NCBI GenBank assembly: GCA_966249365.1 | Contig: CBINDH010000001.1 | Span: 1-42,992 of the forward strand | Length of the DNA stretch: 42,992 bases | Source: an uncultured Xylanimonas sp. | GTDB taxonomy: Bacteria > Actinomycetota > Actinomycetes > Actinomycetales > Cellulomonadaceae | Reading direction: 5' to 3' | Shown: piece by piece, positions 10,221 through 20,180 of the stretch | Layout: each line of letters begins with the position of its first letter | Numbering within the stretch: position 1 is the stretch's first letter | Notes under the pieces: model-generated | What the model was told of the DNA's origin: nothing | Seen by the model: the letters and a program-made list of their open reading frames with translations, nothing else | Database searches by the model: none | Program-made: the position numbers and the translations under genes

Positions 10221-10486
10221 CTGCTGAGCAGCATGGACGCCAGGGGGCCGGAGGAACGAGGGCAGTACGTCCCCTCTCGTCTGGGACGTACTGCTCGCTC
10301 ACCTCGCGCCACCCGGGACCGCGGGCGTGACGTTGGTCTGGGCGAGACCGGCCCTGGGGCGTCCAGCAGACCCGGGTGCGCTTGCCCGCGCGCAGGTCAC
10401 GACCCGGAGGTACCTTCGCCCCACGACCTCGAGCCGGGGTCGCACGACGGAGGACGGGCACCACGCCCACGGACCTCCCGGGCAAC
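10221..10486 (+). ncRNA. Candidate structured RNA or 5' leader
   Basis: 12-bp perfect stem GCAGTACGTCCC/GGGACGTACTGC, enclosing helices (TGGACGCC/GGCGTCCA, GGGCCGG/CCGGCCC) and a second domain ending at the SD; no coding bias. Confidence 0.35.
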
Positions 10487-10499
10487 TGAAGGAGCAGGT

Positions 10500-10760
10500 A
10501 TGGGGCTGGAAGACTTCATCGACAAGGCCAAGGACGCCCTCGCGGGCGCAACCGACAAGGTCCAGGCCGAGGCCGCGACGGCGACCGCGAACGCGCAGGA
10601 CGTCACCAGCGGCATCGTGGACAAGGCCAAGGAGCTTCTGACCGACGAGAACGTCGCGAAGGTCGCCGAGAAGATCAAGGAGTTCACGCCGGACTCCGTC
10701 GACTCCATCGTCGACAAGGTGGCCGACAAGGCGCAGGAGCTGAACGACCGGTTCGAGTAA
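10500..10760 (+). CDS. Small helical protein, Rv0909/MT0933 antitoxin-like or CsbD-like stress protein
   Basis: AAGGAG SD; [12 protein letters not shown] start; repeated DKAK/DKVA units; strong GC3 bias only from ATG 10500. Confidence 0.7.
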   Translation: MGLEDFIDKAKDALAGATDKVQAEAATATANAQDVTSGIVDKAKELLTDENVAKVAEKIKEFTPDSVDSIVDKVADKAQELNDRFE

Positions 10761-10831
10761 GCCCCGGCACGACGGAGGCCGTCGCCGCGGCGTGGCCGAC
10801 TCCTGGTCACGGCCCGACGCATCGGTACGAT

Positions 10832-10863
10832 CGAGGGGCGTCGCCTTCGGGCGGCGCCCCTCG
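10832..10863 (+). other. Stable C(UUCG)G hairpin between the small gene and thrS
   Basis: CGAGGGGCGTCGCC-TTCG-GGCGGCGCCCCTCG, directly after a TACGAT -10-like box. Confidence 0.6.
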
Positions 10864-10910
10864 GCGCGTCCGGGACACCCCGTGCGCACCGTCTCGCCCG
10901 TACATCCGCA

Positions 10911-10934
10911 CCGGCGGCCGTCGTATGCCGCCGG
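10911..10934 (+). promoter_or_regulatory. thrS leader hairpin with a tRNA-Thr(CGU) anticodon-like loop
   Basis: CCGGCGGC-CGTCGTAT-GCCGCCGG; loop contains UCGUA; ends 10 nt before AAGGAG. Confidence 0.45.
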
Positions 10935-10956
10935 GCGACACACCAAGGAGCAGCAC

Positions 10957-12972
10957 GTGTCCGACGTCGCCTCGCAACAGTCACCGAACCCGCAACACCC
11001 GCAGCAGGTGGTGACGACGACGCCGACCACGGGCGCCGAGCTCTTCGCCGACGCCAAGGACGTCGTCGTCGTCCGCGTGGACGGCGAGCTGTGGGACCTC
11101 GACCGTGAGCTGCCCGTCGGCGCCACGGTGCAGCCCGTGGCGATCAGCGAGCCCGACGGCCTCGACGTGCTGCGCCACAGCGCGGCGCACGTGCTCGCCC
11201 AGGCCGTCCAGCAGGTCAACCCCGACGCCAAGCTGGGCATCGGCCCGCCCGTGCGCGACGGCTTCTACTACGACTTCGACGTCGACACGCCGTTCACCCC
11301 CGAGGACCTCAAGGCCCTCGACAAGGCGATGAGCCGCATCATCCGCGAGGGGCAGACGTTCCGCCGCCGCGTCGTCACCGAGGACGAGGCCCGTGCCGAG
11401 CTCGCGGACGAGCCCTACAAGCTCGAGCTCATCGGGCTCAAGGGCGGGTCCTCGGGCGAGGAGAACGTCGAGGTGGGCGGCGCCGAGCTGACCATCTACG
11501 ACAACGTCCGCGGCGCCGGCCGCGAGTCCGAGACCGTCGTCTGGAAGGACCTGTGCCGCGGGCCGCACCTGCCGAACACCCGGCTCATCGGCCAGGGCGT
11601 CCAGCTGATGCGCAGCGCGGCCGCCTACTGGCGCGGCGACCAGGCCAACGCGTCCCTGCAGCGCGTGTACGGCACCGCGTGGCCGAGCAAGGACGAGCTC
11701 AAGGCCTACCTCGAGCGCCTGGCCGAGGCCGAGCGCCGCGACCACCGCAAGATCGGCGTCGAGCAGGACCTGTTCAGCTTCCACGAGAACGTCGGCTCGG
11801 GCCTGCCGCTCATCCACCCGCGCGGTGGCGTGATCCGCCGGGTCATGGAGGACTACGTCCGCCAGCGGCACATCGAGGAGGGCTTCTCCTACGTCACGAC
11901 GCCGCACATCTCGAAGGAAGAGCTCTTCTACACCTCGGGGCACCTGCCGTACTACGGCGACACCATGTTCCCCGCGATCGAGTTCCACGACGACGACCAC
12001 CCCGACGCGCCGGTGCAGAAGTACCGCCTCAAGGCGATGAACTGCCCGATGCACAACCTCATCTACAGCTCGCGCGGCCGCTCGTACCGCGAGCTGCCGA
12101 TCCGGCTGTTCGAGTTCGGTTCCGTGTACCGATACGAGAAGGGCGGCGTCGTCCAGGGCCTGACCCGCGTGCGCGGCCTGACCCAGGACGACTCGCACTC
12201 CTACGTCACCCCGGAGCAGGCGCCCGACGAGGTCAAGCACCTGCTGGGCTTCATGCTGAGCGTGCTCAAGGACTTCGGCCTGAACGAGTTCTACCTCGAG
12301 CTGTCGACGCGCGACGACAAGAAGAAGGACAAGTTCGTCGGCTCCGACGAGGACTGGGAGAAGGCGACCGCCATCCTCGAGAAGGTCGGCCGCGAGTCGG
12401 GTCTCGAGCTGGTGCCCGACCCGGGCGGCGCCGCGTTCTACGGCCCCAAGATCTCCGTGCAGGCCAAGGACGCGCTCGGCCGGACCTGGCAGATGGGCAC
12501 CGTCCAGTACGACTTCAACCAGCCGGCGCGCTTCGGCCTGGAGTACACGGCACCGGACGGCACCCGTCAGCAGCCCGTCATGATCCACTCGGCCAAGTTC
12601 GGCTCCATCGAACGGTTCATGGGCGTGCTCATCGAGCACTACGCCGGGGTGTTCCCGGCGTGGCTCGCGCCCGTCCAGGTGCTCGCCGTCCCGGTCGCCG
12701 AGGCGTTCGACGACTACCTCAAGGACGTCGTCAAGCAGCTCACCGCGCGCGGCATCCGGGCCGAGGTCGACCTCTCGGACGACCGGTTCGCCAAGAAGAT
12801 CCGCAACGCCTCCAAGGAGAAGGTGCCGTTCGTGCTCATCGCCGGCGGTGAGGACGCGGCCGCCGGTGCCGTCAGCTTCCGCTACCGCGACGGTCGCCAG
12901 GACAACGGGGTGCCGGTCGCCGAGGCGATCGAGCGTATCGTCGCCGCCGTGCGCGACCGGGTCCAGGTGTGA
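10957..12972 (+). CDS. thrS: Threonine--tRNA ligase
   Basis: [11 protein letters not shown] and DLCRGPH editing domain, [23 protein letters not shown]; AAGGAG SD before GTG 10957. Confidence 0.98.
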   Translation: MSDVASQQSPNPQHPQQVVTTTPTTGAELFADAKDVVVVRVDGELWDLDRELPVGATVQPVAISEPDGLDVLRHSAAHVLAQAVQQVNPDAKLGIGPPVRDGFYYDFDVDTPFTPEDLKALDKAMSRIIREGQTFRRRVVTEDEARAELADEPYKLELIGLKGGSSGEENVEVGGAELTIYDNVRGAGRESETVVWKDLCRGPHLPNTRLIGQGVQLMRSAAAYWRGDQANASLQRVYGTAWPSKDELKAYLERLAEAERRDHRKIGVEQDLFSFHENVGSGLPLIHPRGGVIRRVMEDYVRQRHIEEGFSYVTTPHISKEELFYTSGHLPYYGDTMFPAIEFHDDDHPDAPVQKYRLKAMNCPMHNLIYSSRGRSYRELPIRLFEFGSVYRYEKGGVVQGLTRVRGLTQDDSHSYVTPEQAPDEVKHLLGFMLSVLKDFGLNEFYLELSTRDDKKKDKFVGSDEDWEKATAILEKVGRESGLELVPDPGGAAFYGPKISVQAKDALGRTWQMGTVQYDFNQPARFGLEYTAPDGTRQQPVMIHSAKFGSIERFMGVLIEHYAGVFPAWLAPVQVLAVPVAEAFDDYLKDVVKQLTARGIRAEVDLSDDRFAKKIRNASKEKVPFVLIAGGEDAAAGAVSFRYRDGRQDNGVPVAEAIERIVAAVRDRVQV

Positions 12973-13580
12973 CCCGCGTCGTCGGGGGAGAGAACGTGAG
13001 CGCCGAGGGCGTCGAGCAGGGGGACGTCGTGACCGACCCGGTCGCGGCGTTCCCCCCGCCGAGCGACGACCTGCAGCGGCTGTGGACGCCCCACCGGATG
13101 GTGTACGTCGGTGGCCAGGACAAGCCCAAGGACGGCACCGCGTCGTCGTGCCCGTTCTGCGGGTTCGACCGCGTCGACGACGAGGCGTACCTGGAGTCCC
13201 GCCTGGTCGTCGCGCGCGGCGAGACCTGCTTCGCGATCCTCAACCTCTACCCGTACAACCCCGGGCACCTCATGGTGGTGCCGTACCGGCACGTCTCCGC
13301 GTACGTCGACCTCACCGACGCCGAGACCCAGGAGCTCGCACGCACGACGCAGACCGCGATCCGCGTGATGACGGACGTCCTGCGCCCGCAGGGGTTCAAC
13401 CTGGGCATGAACCAGGGCGAGGTCGCCGGAGCCGGGATCGCCGCGCACCTGCACCAGCACGTCGTCCCGCGCTGGCAGGGCGACGCCAACTTCCTGCCGA
13501 TCATCGGCCGCACGAAGGCGGTCCCGGAGCTGCTCGGGGACACCCGCGCCAAGCTCGCGGCCGCCTGGCCCGAGCACTGA
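12969..13580 (+). CDS. HIT-family Ap4A phosphorylase (Rv2613c-like)
   Basis: [25 protein letters not shown] triad; conserved position after thrS. Alternative GTG start at 12996. Confidence 0.9.
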   Translation: MTRVVGGENVSAEGVEQGDVVTDPVAAFPPPSDDLQRLWTPHRMVYVGGQDKPKDGTASSCPFCGFDRVDDEAYLESRLVVARGETCFAILNLYPYNPGHLMVVPYRHVSAYVDLTDAETQELARTTQTAIRVMTDVLRPQGFNLGMNQGEVAGAGIAAHLHQHVVPRWQGDANFLPIIGRTKAVPELLGDTRAKLAAAWPEH

Positions 13581-13618
13581 CCGACCCCACGCCCGCCCCC
13601 GTCGAGGAGCCCCCACCG

Positions 13619-14266
13619 ATGTTCTCCCGCCTCCGCAGCACGATGCAGGCGGTCTTCACGCCCCTGGCGCGCGCGCTGATGCGCGCCGGCGTGACGCCCG
13701 ACGCCGTGACGATCACGGGCACCGTGGTCGCGACCGGGCTCGCGCTCGGGCTGCTGCCCACCGGGCACCTGTTCCTCGGTGCGCTGCTCATCGGCATCTT
13801 CGCGCTGTTCGACTCGCTCGACGGGGTGCTTGCCCGCATGACGGGCAAGGCGGGCCCGTGGGGCGCGTTCCTCGACTCGACCCTGGACCGCATCTCCGAC
13901 GGCGCGGTGTTCAGCGGCATCGCCCTGTGGTTCCTGCTGCACACCGACGGGGCGACCCGGACGTGGGGCGTCGCGGTGACGCTCGCGTGCCTCGTGCTCG
14001 GCGGGGTCGTGCCCTACGCCCGCGCCCGGGCCGAGTCCGTGGGCGCGGACGCGCACGTCGGCATCGCCGAGCGCAGCGACCGCCTCGTGATCGCGCTCGT
14101 CCCGACCGGGTTCGTGCAGTTCGGGCTGCCCGTCGTCGTCCTGGTCGTGGTGCTCGGCCTGCTCGCCGCCGCCAGCTTCGTGACCGTCGTCCAGCGCGTC
14201 GGCGCCGTGCACCGGCAGATCGCACCCCGCCCCGACGCACCCACCACGGAGGCCACCCATGGTTGA
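13619..14266 (+). CDS. pgsA1: Phosphatidylinositol phosphate synthase
   Basis: CDP-alcohol phosphotransferase motif DSLDGVLAR...GAFLDSTLD; GAGGAG SD; PIM operon context. Confidence 0.92.
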   Translation: MFSRLRSTMQAVFTPLARALMRAGVTPDAVTITGTVVATGLALGLLPTGHLFLGALLIGIFALFDSLDGVLARMTGKAGPWGAFLDSTLDRISDGAVFSGIALWFLLHTDGATRTWGVAVTLACLVLGGVVPYARARAESVGADAHVGIAERSDRLVIALVPTGFVQFGLPVVVLVVVLGLLAAASFVTVVQRVGAVHRQIAPRPDAPTTEATHG

Positions 14267-15233
14267 CGTCGCCAAGGCCTACACGTTCGCGTGGCGGCAC
14301 GCCGCCAAGATCCCCGAGCCGATCCTGCGCGGCGCGTTCACCCTCGTGGCCGACGTCGTCTGGCTGCGCCACGGTGGCGGCGTGCGACGGATGGAGGCGA
14401 ACTACGCGCGCGTCCGCCCCGAGCTCGACGCCCGGGCGGTCCGCCGCCTCAGCCGTGCCGGGATGCGCTCCTACATGCGCTACTTCCGCGAGGCGTTCAC
14501 CCTGCAGGCCGTGACCTCGGAGCAGGTCGAAGCACGCGTCCGGGTCGAGGGCTACGAGCACGTCAAGGCCGTCCCCGAGGAGGGCGCGGCCGTCGCGCTC
14601 GCGCTCGGCCACCTCGGCAACTGGGACCTCGCGGGCGCGTGGGCGAACCCGAACCTCGGCCCGGTCCTCACGGTCGCCGAGAAGCTCGAGCCCGCCGCGC
14701 TGTACGAGGAGTTCGTGGCGTTCCGCGAGTCCATCGGCATCGAGGTGCTCGGCCTGGGCGACAACGGGGTGTTCCGCGAGCTCGTGCGCGGCGGCAGGGG
14801 CGGGAACCGGGTCATCCCGTTGCTCGCCGACCGCGACCTGACCGCGTCGGGCGTCGAGGTCGACCTGTGCGGCCACCGCGCCCGCGTCGCGGCCGGCCCC
14901 GCCGCCCTCGCGCTGGCCGCCGGCATCGACCTGCTGCCGCTGACCATCCGCTACGAGCGGCTCGACCGCGCGCGCCGCAAGACCGCCCGCACCCCGTGGG
15001 GCATCGTGCTGCGGTTCCACCCCGCGGTGCCCGTGCCCGCCGAGGACCCCGAGCTCCCCGCCCCGGAGCGCCGCCGGGCCCAGGTCGCCGTGATGACGCA
15101 GGGCTGGGTCGACGCCATGGCCCACGACCTGCGCGAGATCACCGAGGACTGGCACATGCTCCAGAAGGTCTTCGTCGAGGACCTCGACCCGGAGCGGTAC
15201 GCCAAGACCCGGGCCGAGGCGGGAGAGCTGTGA
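14259..15233 (+). CDS. patA: Phosphatidylinositol mannoside acyltransferase
   Basis: GHLGNWD, LLADRD, DWHMLQ motifs; lies between pgsA1 and pimA. Confidence 0.9.
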   Translation: MVDVAKAYTFAWRHAAKIPEPILRGAFTLVADVVWLRHGGGVRRMEANYARVRPELDARAVRRLSRAGMRSYMRYFREAFTLQAVTSEQVEARVRVEGYEHVKAVPEEGAAVALALGHLGNWDLAGAWANPNLGPVLTVAEKLEPAALYEEFVAFRESIGIEVLGLGDNGVFRELVRGGRGGNRVIPLLADRDLTASGVEVDLCGHRARVAAGPAALALAAGIDLLPLTIRYERLDRARRKTARTPWGIVLRFHPAVPVPAEDPELPAPERRRAQVAVMTQGWVDAMAHDLREITEDWHMLQKVFVEDLDPERYAKTRAEAGEL

Positions 15234-16459
15234 CCGCCGCGCGGAGGCACCGCCCGCTCAAGGTGGGCATCGTCTGCCCGTACAGCTTCGACGCACCCGG
15301 CGGCGTGCAGTTCCACGTCCGGGACCTCGCCGAAGCGCTCATCGCGCGCGGCCACGAGGTGTCGGTCCTGGCCCCCGCCGACGAGGACTCCGACGTGCCC
15401 GACGTCGTCACGCCGGCCGGGAGCGCCGTCGCGGTGCGCTACAACGGCTCCGTCGCGCGGCTCTCGTTCGGCCCGCGCGTCGCCGCCCGCGTCCGCCGCT
15501 GGATCGACGCCGGCGGGTTCGACGTGCTGCACCTGCACGAGCCCATGACGCCGTCGCTGTCGATGCTCGCGCTGTGGATCGCCGAGGGGCCCGTCGTCGC
15601 CACGTTCCACTCCGCGCAGGTCCGCTCGCGCGCCCTGCAGGTCGCGTACCCGCTGCTGCGCCAGTCGCTCGAGAAGATCGCCGCCCGCGTCGCCGTCTCC
15701 GAGGACGCGCGCCGCACCCTCGTCGACCACGTGGGCGGCGACGCCGTCGTCATCCCCAACGGCGTGTACGTCGACACGTTCGCCCGGGCCGAGGCCGCAG
15801 AGCAGTGGCAGGGCACGCCCGACGCGCCCACCATCGCGTTCCTCGGCCGGCTCGACGAGCCCCGCAAGGGCCTTCAGGTCCTCACCGCCGCCATCCCCGC
15901 CGTGCTCGCCGAGCACCCCGGCGCGCGGTTCCTCGTCGCCGGCCGCGGCGACGACGGGCGCGACCACGCCGTCGCGACCCTGGGCGAGCACGCCCGGTCC
16001 GTCGAGTTCCTCGGCGGCATCAGCGACGAGGAGAAGGCGTCCCTGCTCACCTCCGTCGACCTGTACATCGCCCCGCAGACCGGCGGCGAGAGCTTCGGCA
16101 TCGTGCTCGTCGAGGCCATGAGCGCCGGCTGCGGCGTCATCGCCTCCGACCTGGGCGCGTTCCGGCGCGTGCTCGACGACGGTGCCGCCGGCGCCCTGTT
16201 CCGCAACGAGGACCCCGCCGACCTCGCCCGCGTGATCAACGCGGCGCTCGCGGACCGGGACGGGACGGCCGCGCGGCGCGAGCACGCGTCTACCTGGGTG
16301 CGCCGGTACGACTGGTCGACCGTCACCGACCAGGTCGAGGCCGTCTACGAGATGGCCGTCGAGGCAGCCGAGGCGATCCCCGCCGGCGAGGACGTCGCGC
16401 TGCGCTCGGCGCGCGCCCTGTGGCCGCTGGGCGGCCCCCACCGCGGAGGTGACCGATGA
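15230..16459 (+). CDS. pimA: Phosphatidyl-myo-inositol mannosyltransferase (GT4)
   Basis: CPYSFDAPGGVQFH, HLHEP, EPRKG, GGESFGIVLVEAM; GTGA overlap with patA. Confidence 0.93.
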   Translation: MTAARRHRPLKVGIVCPYSFDAPGGVQFHVRDLAEALIARGHEVSVLAPADEDSDVPDVVTPAGSAVAVRYNGSVARLSFGPRVAARVRRWIDAGGFDVLHLHEPMTPSLSMLALWIAEGPVVATFHSAQVRSRALQVAYPLLRQSLEKIAARVAVSEDARRTLVDHVGGDAVVIPNGVYVDTFARAEAAEQWQGTPDAPTIAFLGRLDEPRKGLQVLTAAIPAVLAEHPGARFLVAGRGDDGRDHAVATLGEHARSVEFLGGISDEEKASLLTSVDLYIAPQTGGESFGIVLVEAMSAGCGVIASDLGAFRRVLDDGAAGALFRNEDPADLARVINAALADRDGTAARREHASTWVRRYDWSTVTDQVEAVYEMAVEAAEAIPAGEDVALRSARALWPLGGPHRGGDR

Positions 16460-17052
16460 GCTGGTCGGAGATCACGCTCGTCGTCCTGCTGGTCGTCGGC
16501 GTGCTCGGGTGGCTGGCGTGGATCTCGGCGTCGCGCGTCGACCGCCTGCACCGCAAGGTCTCTGCGTCGCGCATCGCGCTCGACTCGCAGCTCGTGCGCC
16601 GGGCGAGCGCCGCGGCAGACCTGGCGACGTCGGGTCTCCTGGACCCCGCGTCGTCTGTGCTCGTCGCCGACGCCGCCTACGCCGTCATCGACGCCGACGG
16701 GCCCGTCACCCGGCCCGAGCAGGCGCTGGCCATGGACGGCCTCGGCGACGACCGCGAACGCTCCGAGAGCGTCCTGTCGGCGACGCTGCGCGAGGCGCTC
16801 GACGACGGCGAGGACGTCGCCGAGCTGCGCGGGACGCCGGCGGGGGAGTCGCTCGTCGCCACCCTGGGCGCCGCCTGGTACCGGGCTCAGCTCGCGCGGC
16901 GGTTCCACAACGAGGCCGTCGCGCAGGCGCAGCGGGCCCGGCGGCACTGGTACGTGCGGCTGCTGCACCTGGCCGGGCACGCGCCGATGCCGCGCACCGT
17001 CGAGCTCGACGACCAGATGCCCGCCGGTCTCGGGGGAGCGCCCGGAACGTAG
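16456..17052 (+). CDS. Membrane-anchored helical protein resembling the Rv2609c N-terminal domain (LemA-like)
   Basis: N-terminal TM, RVDRLH, LARRFHNEAV motif; ATGA overlap with pimA. Confidence 0.8.
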   Translation: MSWSEITLVVLLVVGVLGWLAWISASRVDRLHRKVSASRIALDSQLVRRASAAADLATSGLLDPASSVLVADAAYAVIDADGPVTRPEQALAMDGLGDDRERSESVLSATLREALDDGEDVAELRGTPAGESLVATLGAAWYRAQLARRFHNEAVAQAQRARRHWYVRLLHLAGHAPMPRTVELDDQMPAGLGGAPGT

Positions 17053-17094
17053 ACGCCGGGGTCCGGGGTCACGCCCGCGCCGTAGGATGGCCGG

Positions 17095-18015
17095 GTGACC
17101 AACGAAACCCCCACCACCACCGCCACGTCGGCCGGCGAGGTCGGCACGGCCCGCGTCAAGCGGGGCATGGCCGAGATGCTCAAGGGCGGCGTCATCATGG
17201 ACGTCGTCACCCCCGAGCAGGCGAAGATCGCCGAGGACGCGGGCGCCGTGGCCGTCATGGCGCTCGAGCGCGTCCCGGCGGACATCCGCGCCCAGGGCGG
17301 CGTCGCGCGCATGAGCGACCCGGACATGATCGACGGCATCATCAACGCCGTCTCGATCCCCGTCATGGCGAAGGCGCGCATCGGGCACTTCGTCGAGGCG
17401 CAGGTCCTGCAGGCCCTCGGCGTCGACTACATCGACGAGTCCGAGGTGCTCACCCCCGCGGACTACGCGAACCACATCGACAAGTGGGCCTTCACCGCCC
17501 CGTTCGTGTGCGGCGCGACCAACCTCGGCGAGGCGCTGCGTCGCATCACCGAGGGTGCCGCGATGATCCGGTCGAAGGGCGAGGCCGGCACGGGTGACGT
17601 GTCGAACGCCACGACGCACATGCGCCAGATCCGCCAGGAGATCCGCCGCCTCACCTCGCTGCCCGAGGACGAGCTGTTCGTGGCCGCCAAGGAGCTCCAG
17701 GCGCCCTACGAGCTGGTCGCCGAGGTCGCGAGGACGGGCAAGCTCCCCGTGGTCCTGTTCACCGCGGGCGGCATCGCCACCCCGGCGGACGCCGCGATGA
17801 TGATGCAGCTCGGCGCCGAGGGCGTGTTCGTCGGCTCGGGCATCTTCAAGTCGGGCGACCCGGTCGCCCGCGCGAAGGCGATCGTCCAGGCCACCACGTT
17901 CTACGACGACCCGTCGGTCATCGCGAAGGTCTCGCGCGGGCTGGGCGAGGCCATGGTCGGCATCAACGTCGAGGCGGAGCCGGCGCCCGTGCGCCTTGCC
18001 GAGCGCGGCTGGTGA
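17095..18015 (+). CDS. pdxS: Pyridoxal 5'-phosphate synthase lyase subunit
   Basis: [45 protein letters not shown]. Confidence 0.98.
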   Translation: MTNETPTTTATSAGEVGTARVKRGMAEMLKGGVIMDVVTPEQAKIAEDAGAVAVMALERVPADIRAQGGVARMSDPDMIDGIINAVSIPVMAKARIGHFVEAQVLQALGVDYIDESEVLTPADYANHIDKWAFTAPFVCGATNLGEALRRITEGAAMIRSKGEAGTGDVSNATTHMRQIRQEIRRLTSLPEDELFVAAKELQAPYELVAEVARTGKLPVVLFTAGGIATPADAAMMMQLGAEGVFVGSGIFKSGDPVARAKAIVQATTFYDDPSVIAKVSRGLGEAMVGINVEAEPAPVRLAERGW

Positions 18016-18566
18016 CGTCCACGGAGCAGGGCACGTCCTCGCTCGGCCCCGACTGGGTGCTGGGTGAGGACGGCCTGCGCCGTCGGCGCGCGGCACGCGT
18101 CGTCGTGCTCGACGACGCCGGCCGCGCGCTGCTGGTCCGCGGCCACGACGCCGACCAGCCCGAACGCTCGTGGTGGTTCACCGTGGGCGGCGGCATCGAC
18201 CCGGGGGAGTCCGACGTCGAGGCCGCGCTGCGCGAGCTGCGCGAGGAGACCGGTCTGGTCCTCGCGCCCGGCGACCTCGAGGGCCCCGTCATGACGCGGG
18301 CCGGCTACTTCCACTTCTTCGCCGAGACGTGCCGGCAGGACGAGGTCTTCTTCGTCGCGCGGGTGCCGGCGGGCACCGAACCCCACGACGGCGGCTGGAC
18401 CGAGCTCGAACGGTCGGTCCTCGACGGCATGGCCTGGCTGACGGCCGCCGAGCTCCGCGAGCAGCCGCTCGAGGTGTTCCCGGTCGCGCTGCCCGACGTC
18501 GTCGAGCGGCTCGCGGCGGGCTGGGACGGGACGGTGCTCCACCTCGGCGAGGAGCACGACGACTGA
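18012..18566 (+). CDS. NUDIX hydrolase resembling the Rv2609c C-terminal domain
   Basis: Nudix box [22 protein letters not shown] preceded by WWFTV. Confidence 0.9.
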   Translation: MTSTEQGTSSLGPDWVLGEDGLRRRRAARVVVLDDAGRALLVRGHDADQPERSWWFTVGGGIDPGESDVEAALRELREETGLVLAPGDLEGPVMTRAGYFHFFAETCRQDEVFFVARVPAGTEPHDGGWTELERSVLDGMAWLTAAELREQPLEVFPVALPDVVERLAAGWDGTVLHLGEEHDD

Positions 18567-18610
18567 GACGCCGCGGGGGCGGCGCGGGACGCGGCCTAGA
18601 CTTGTCCGCC

Positions 18611-19267
18611 GTGACATCCACCCCCACCATCGGCGTCCTCGCCCTGCAGGGCGACGTCCGCGAGCACGTGCACGCACTCGAGCAGGCCGGCGCCCGCGCC
18701 GTCACGGTCCGGCGCCGCAGCGAGCTGGAGTCGGTCGACGGCCTCGTGCTGCCGGGCGGCGAGTCGACCACGATCGACAAGCTGTTGCGCATCTTCGAGC
18801 TCGACCAGCCGCTCCGCGCGGCGGTCAAGGGCGGGCTGCCCGTGTACGGCTCGTGCGCCGGCATGATCCTGCTCGCCGACCGGATCGAGTCCGGCATCGA
18901 CGGGCAGCAGACCATCGGTGGCATGGACGTCGTGGTGCGCCGCAACGCCTTCGGCCGTCAGGTCGACTCGTTCGAGGCCGACCTCGACGTCGTCGGCATC
19001 TCGGACCAGCCCGGCGGCGCCCCGGTGCGCACGGTGTTCATCCGTGCGCCGTGGATCGAGGAGGCGGGCCCGGAGGTCGAGGTGCTCGCACGGATCCCCG
19101 AGCTGGCCACGGACGGAAGCCCCGTGACGGTCGGCGCCGGTAAGATCGTCGCAGCACGTCAGGGGCGGCTGCTGGCGACCTCGTTCCACCCTGAGATCAC
19201 AGGTGATGCGCGCGTGCACGCGCTGTTCGTCGCCATGGTCCGCGACAGCGGTCCGCACGAGTTGTAA
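18611..19267 (+). CDS. pdxT: Pyridoxal 5'-phosphate synthase glutaminase subunit
   Basis: GVLALQG, PGGEST, GSCAG, RNAFGRQ, FIRAP, FHPE. Confidence 0.96.
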   Translation: MTSTPTIGVLALQGDVREHVHALEQAGARAVTVRRRSELESVDGLVLPGGESTTIDKLLRIFELDQPLRAAVKGGLPVYGSCAGMILLADRIESGIDGQQTIGGMDVVVRRNAFGRQVDSFEADLDVVGISDQPGGAPVRTVFIRAPWIEEAGPEVEVLARIPELATDGSPVTVGAGKIVAARQGRLLATSFHPEITGDARVHALFVAMVRDSGPHEL

Positions 19268-19287
19268 GCGAAGAGGAGAAAACCCGT

Positions 19288-20058
19288 ATGTCCGGTCACT
19301 CCAAGTGGGCGACGACCAAGCACAAGAAGGCTGCGATCGACGCCAAGCGCAGCAAGCTGTGGGCGAAGCTCATCAAGAACATCGAGGTCGCGGCCCGCGT
19401 GGGCGGCGGTGACCCGGCCGGCAACCCCACCCTCTTCGACGCCATCCAGAAGGCCAAGAAGACGTCGGTCCCGAAGGAGAACATCGACCGCGCCGTCAAG
19501 CGTGGCTCGGGTGTCGGCGCGGACGCCGTCAACTACATCGAGAAGTTCTACGGCGGCATCGGCGTCGGCGGCATCGCGGTGCTCGTCGAGTGCCTGACCG
19601 ACAACGTCAACCGCGCGGTCGCCGAGGTGCGCCAGGCGTTCACGCGCAACGGCGGCAAGATCGCGGACGACATCGGCTCGGTCCAGCGCCTCTTCGCGCG
19701 CAAGGGTCTGGTCGTCGTCCCGAAGACCGACGGCGTCGGCGAGGACGAGGTCATGATGGCCGCCCTCGAGGCCGGGGCCGAGGAGGTCACGGACGAGGGC
19801 GACACCATCGAGGTGCTGTGCGAGGCGACCGACCTGCACGCCGTGCGCACCGCCATCGTCGACGCCGGGATCGACTACGACTCTGCCGACGTCATCTTCC
19901 ACCCCGACCAGAACCTGCTCATCCCGGTCGACGTCGAGGGCGCGCGCAAGATCATGCGCCTCATCGACGCCCTCGAGGACCTCGACGACGTCCAGAACGT
20001 CTACGCGAACTTCGACGCGTCCGACGAGGTCATGGCCGCGCTCGACGACGAGGACTGA
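19288..20058 (+). CDS. yebC: YebC/PmpR family protein
   Basis: [36 protein letters not shown]; GAGGAG SD. Confidence 0.95.
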   Translation: MSGHSKWATTKHKKAAIDAKRSKLWAKLIKNIEVAARVGGGDPAGNPTLFDAIQKAKKTSVPKENIDRAVKRGSGVGADAVNYIEKFYGGIGVGGIAVLVECLTDNVNRAVAEVRQAFTRNGGKIADDIGSVQRLFARKGLVVVPKTDGVGEDEVMMAALEAGAEEVTDEGDTIEVLCEATDLHAVRTAIVDAGIDYDSADVIFHPDQNLLIPVDVEGARKIMRLIDALEDLDDVQNVYANFDASDEVMAALDDED

Positions 20059-20078
20059 GCGGTCCCACCCCGCACACC

Positions 20079-20116
20079 CGAGAGCCCACGGACGCCAGCG
20101 CGCCCGTGGGCTCTCG
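20079..20116 (+). terminator. Hairpin downstream of yebC
   Basis: 13-bp perfect stem CGAGAGCCCACGG/CCGTGGGCTCTCG; no U-tract, which is common in actinobacteria. Confidence 0.6.
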
Positions 20117-20180
20117 CGGTCCGGCGGCCGGCTTCCCGACCGGGGTAGCGGCAGCGTCGGCCGACCAGGAGGATTGCACC

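Noticed and set aside
8493-10312. Apparent N-terminal extensions or fusions on the P-type ATPase (1162 aa) and UdgB (560 aa)
   Set aside because: The extensions are out-of-frame readings of neighbouring genes; better starts exist at 8492 and 9373.
10179-10499. 107-aa N-terminal extension of the small protein
   Set aside because: No GC3 bias, and a strong SD precedes ATG 10500.
10048-10956. tRNA genes or a T-box near thrS
   Set aside because: No cloverleaf with a GTTCRA T-loop, and no T-box UGGNACC antiterminator or specifier stem was seen.
20143-20148. GGGTAG SigF/SigB-like -10 element upstream of the XpaC-like gene
   Set aside because: No convincing GTTT-type -35 at the proper spacing.
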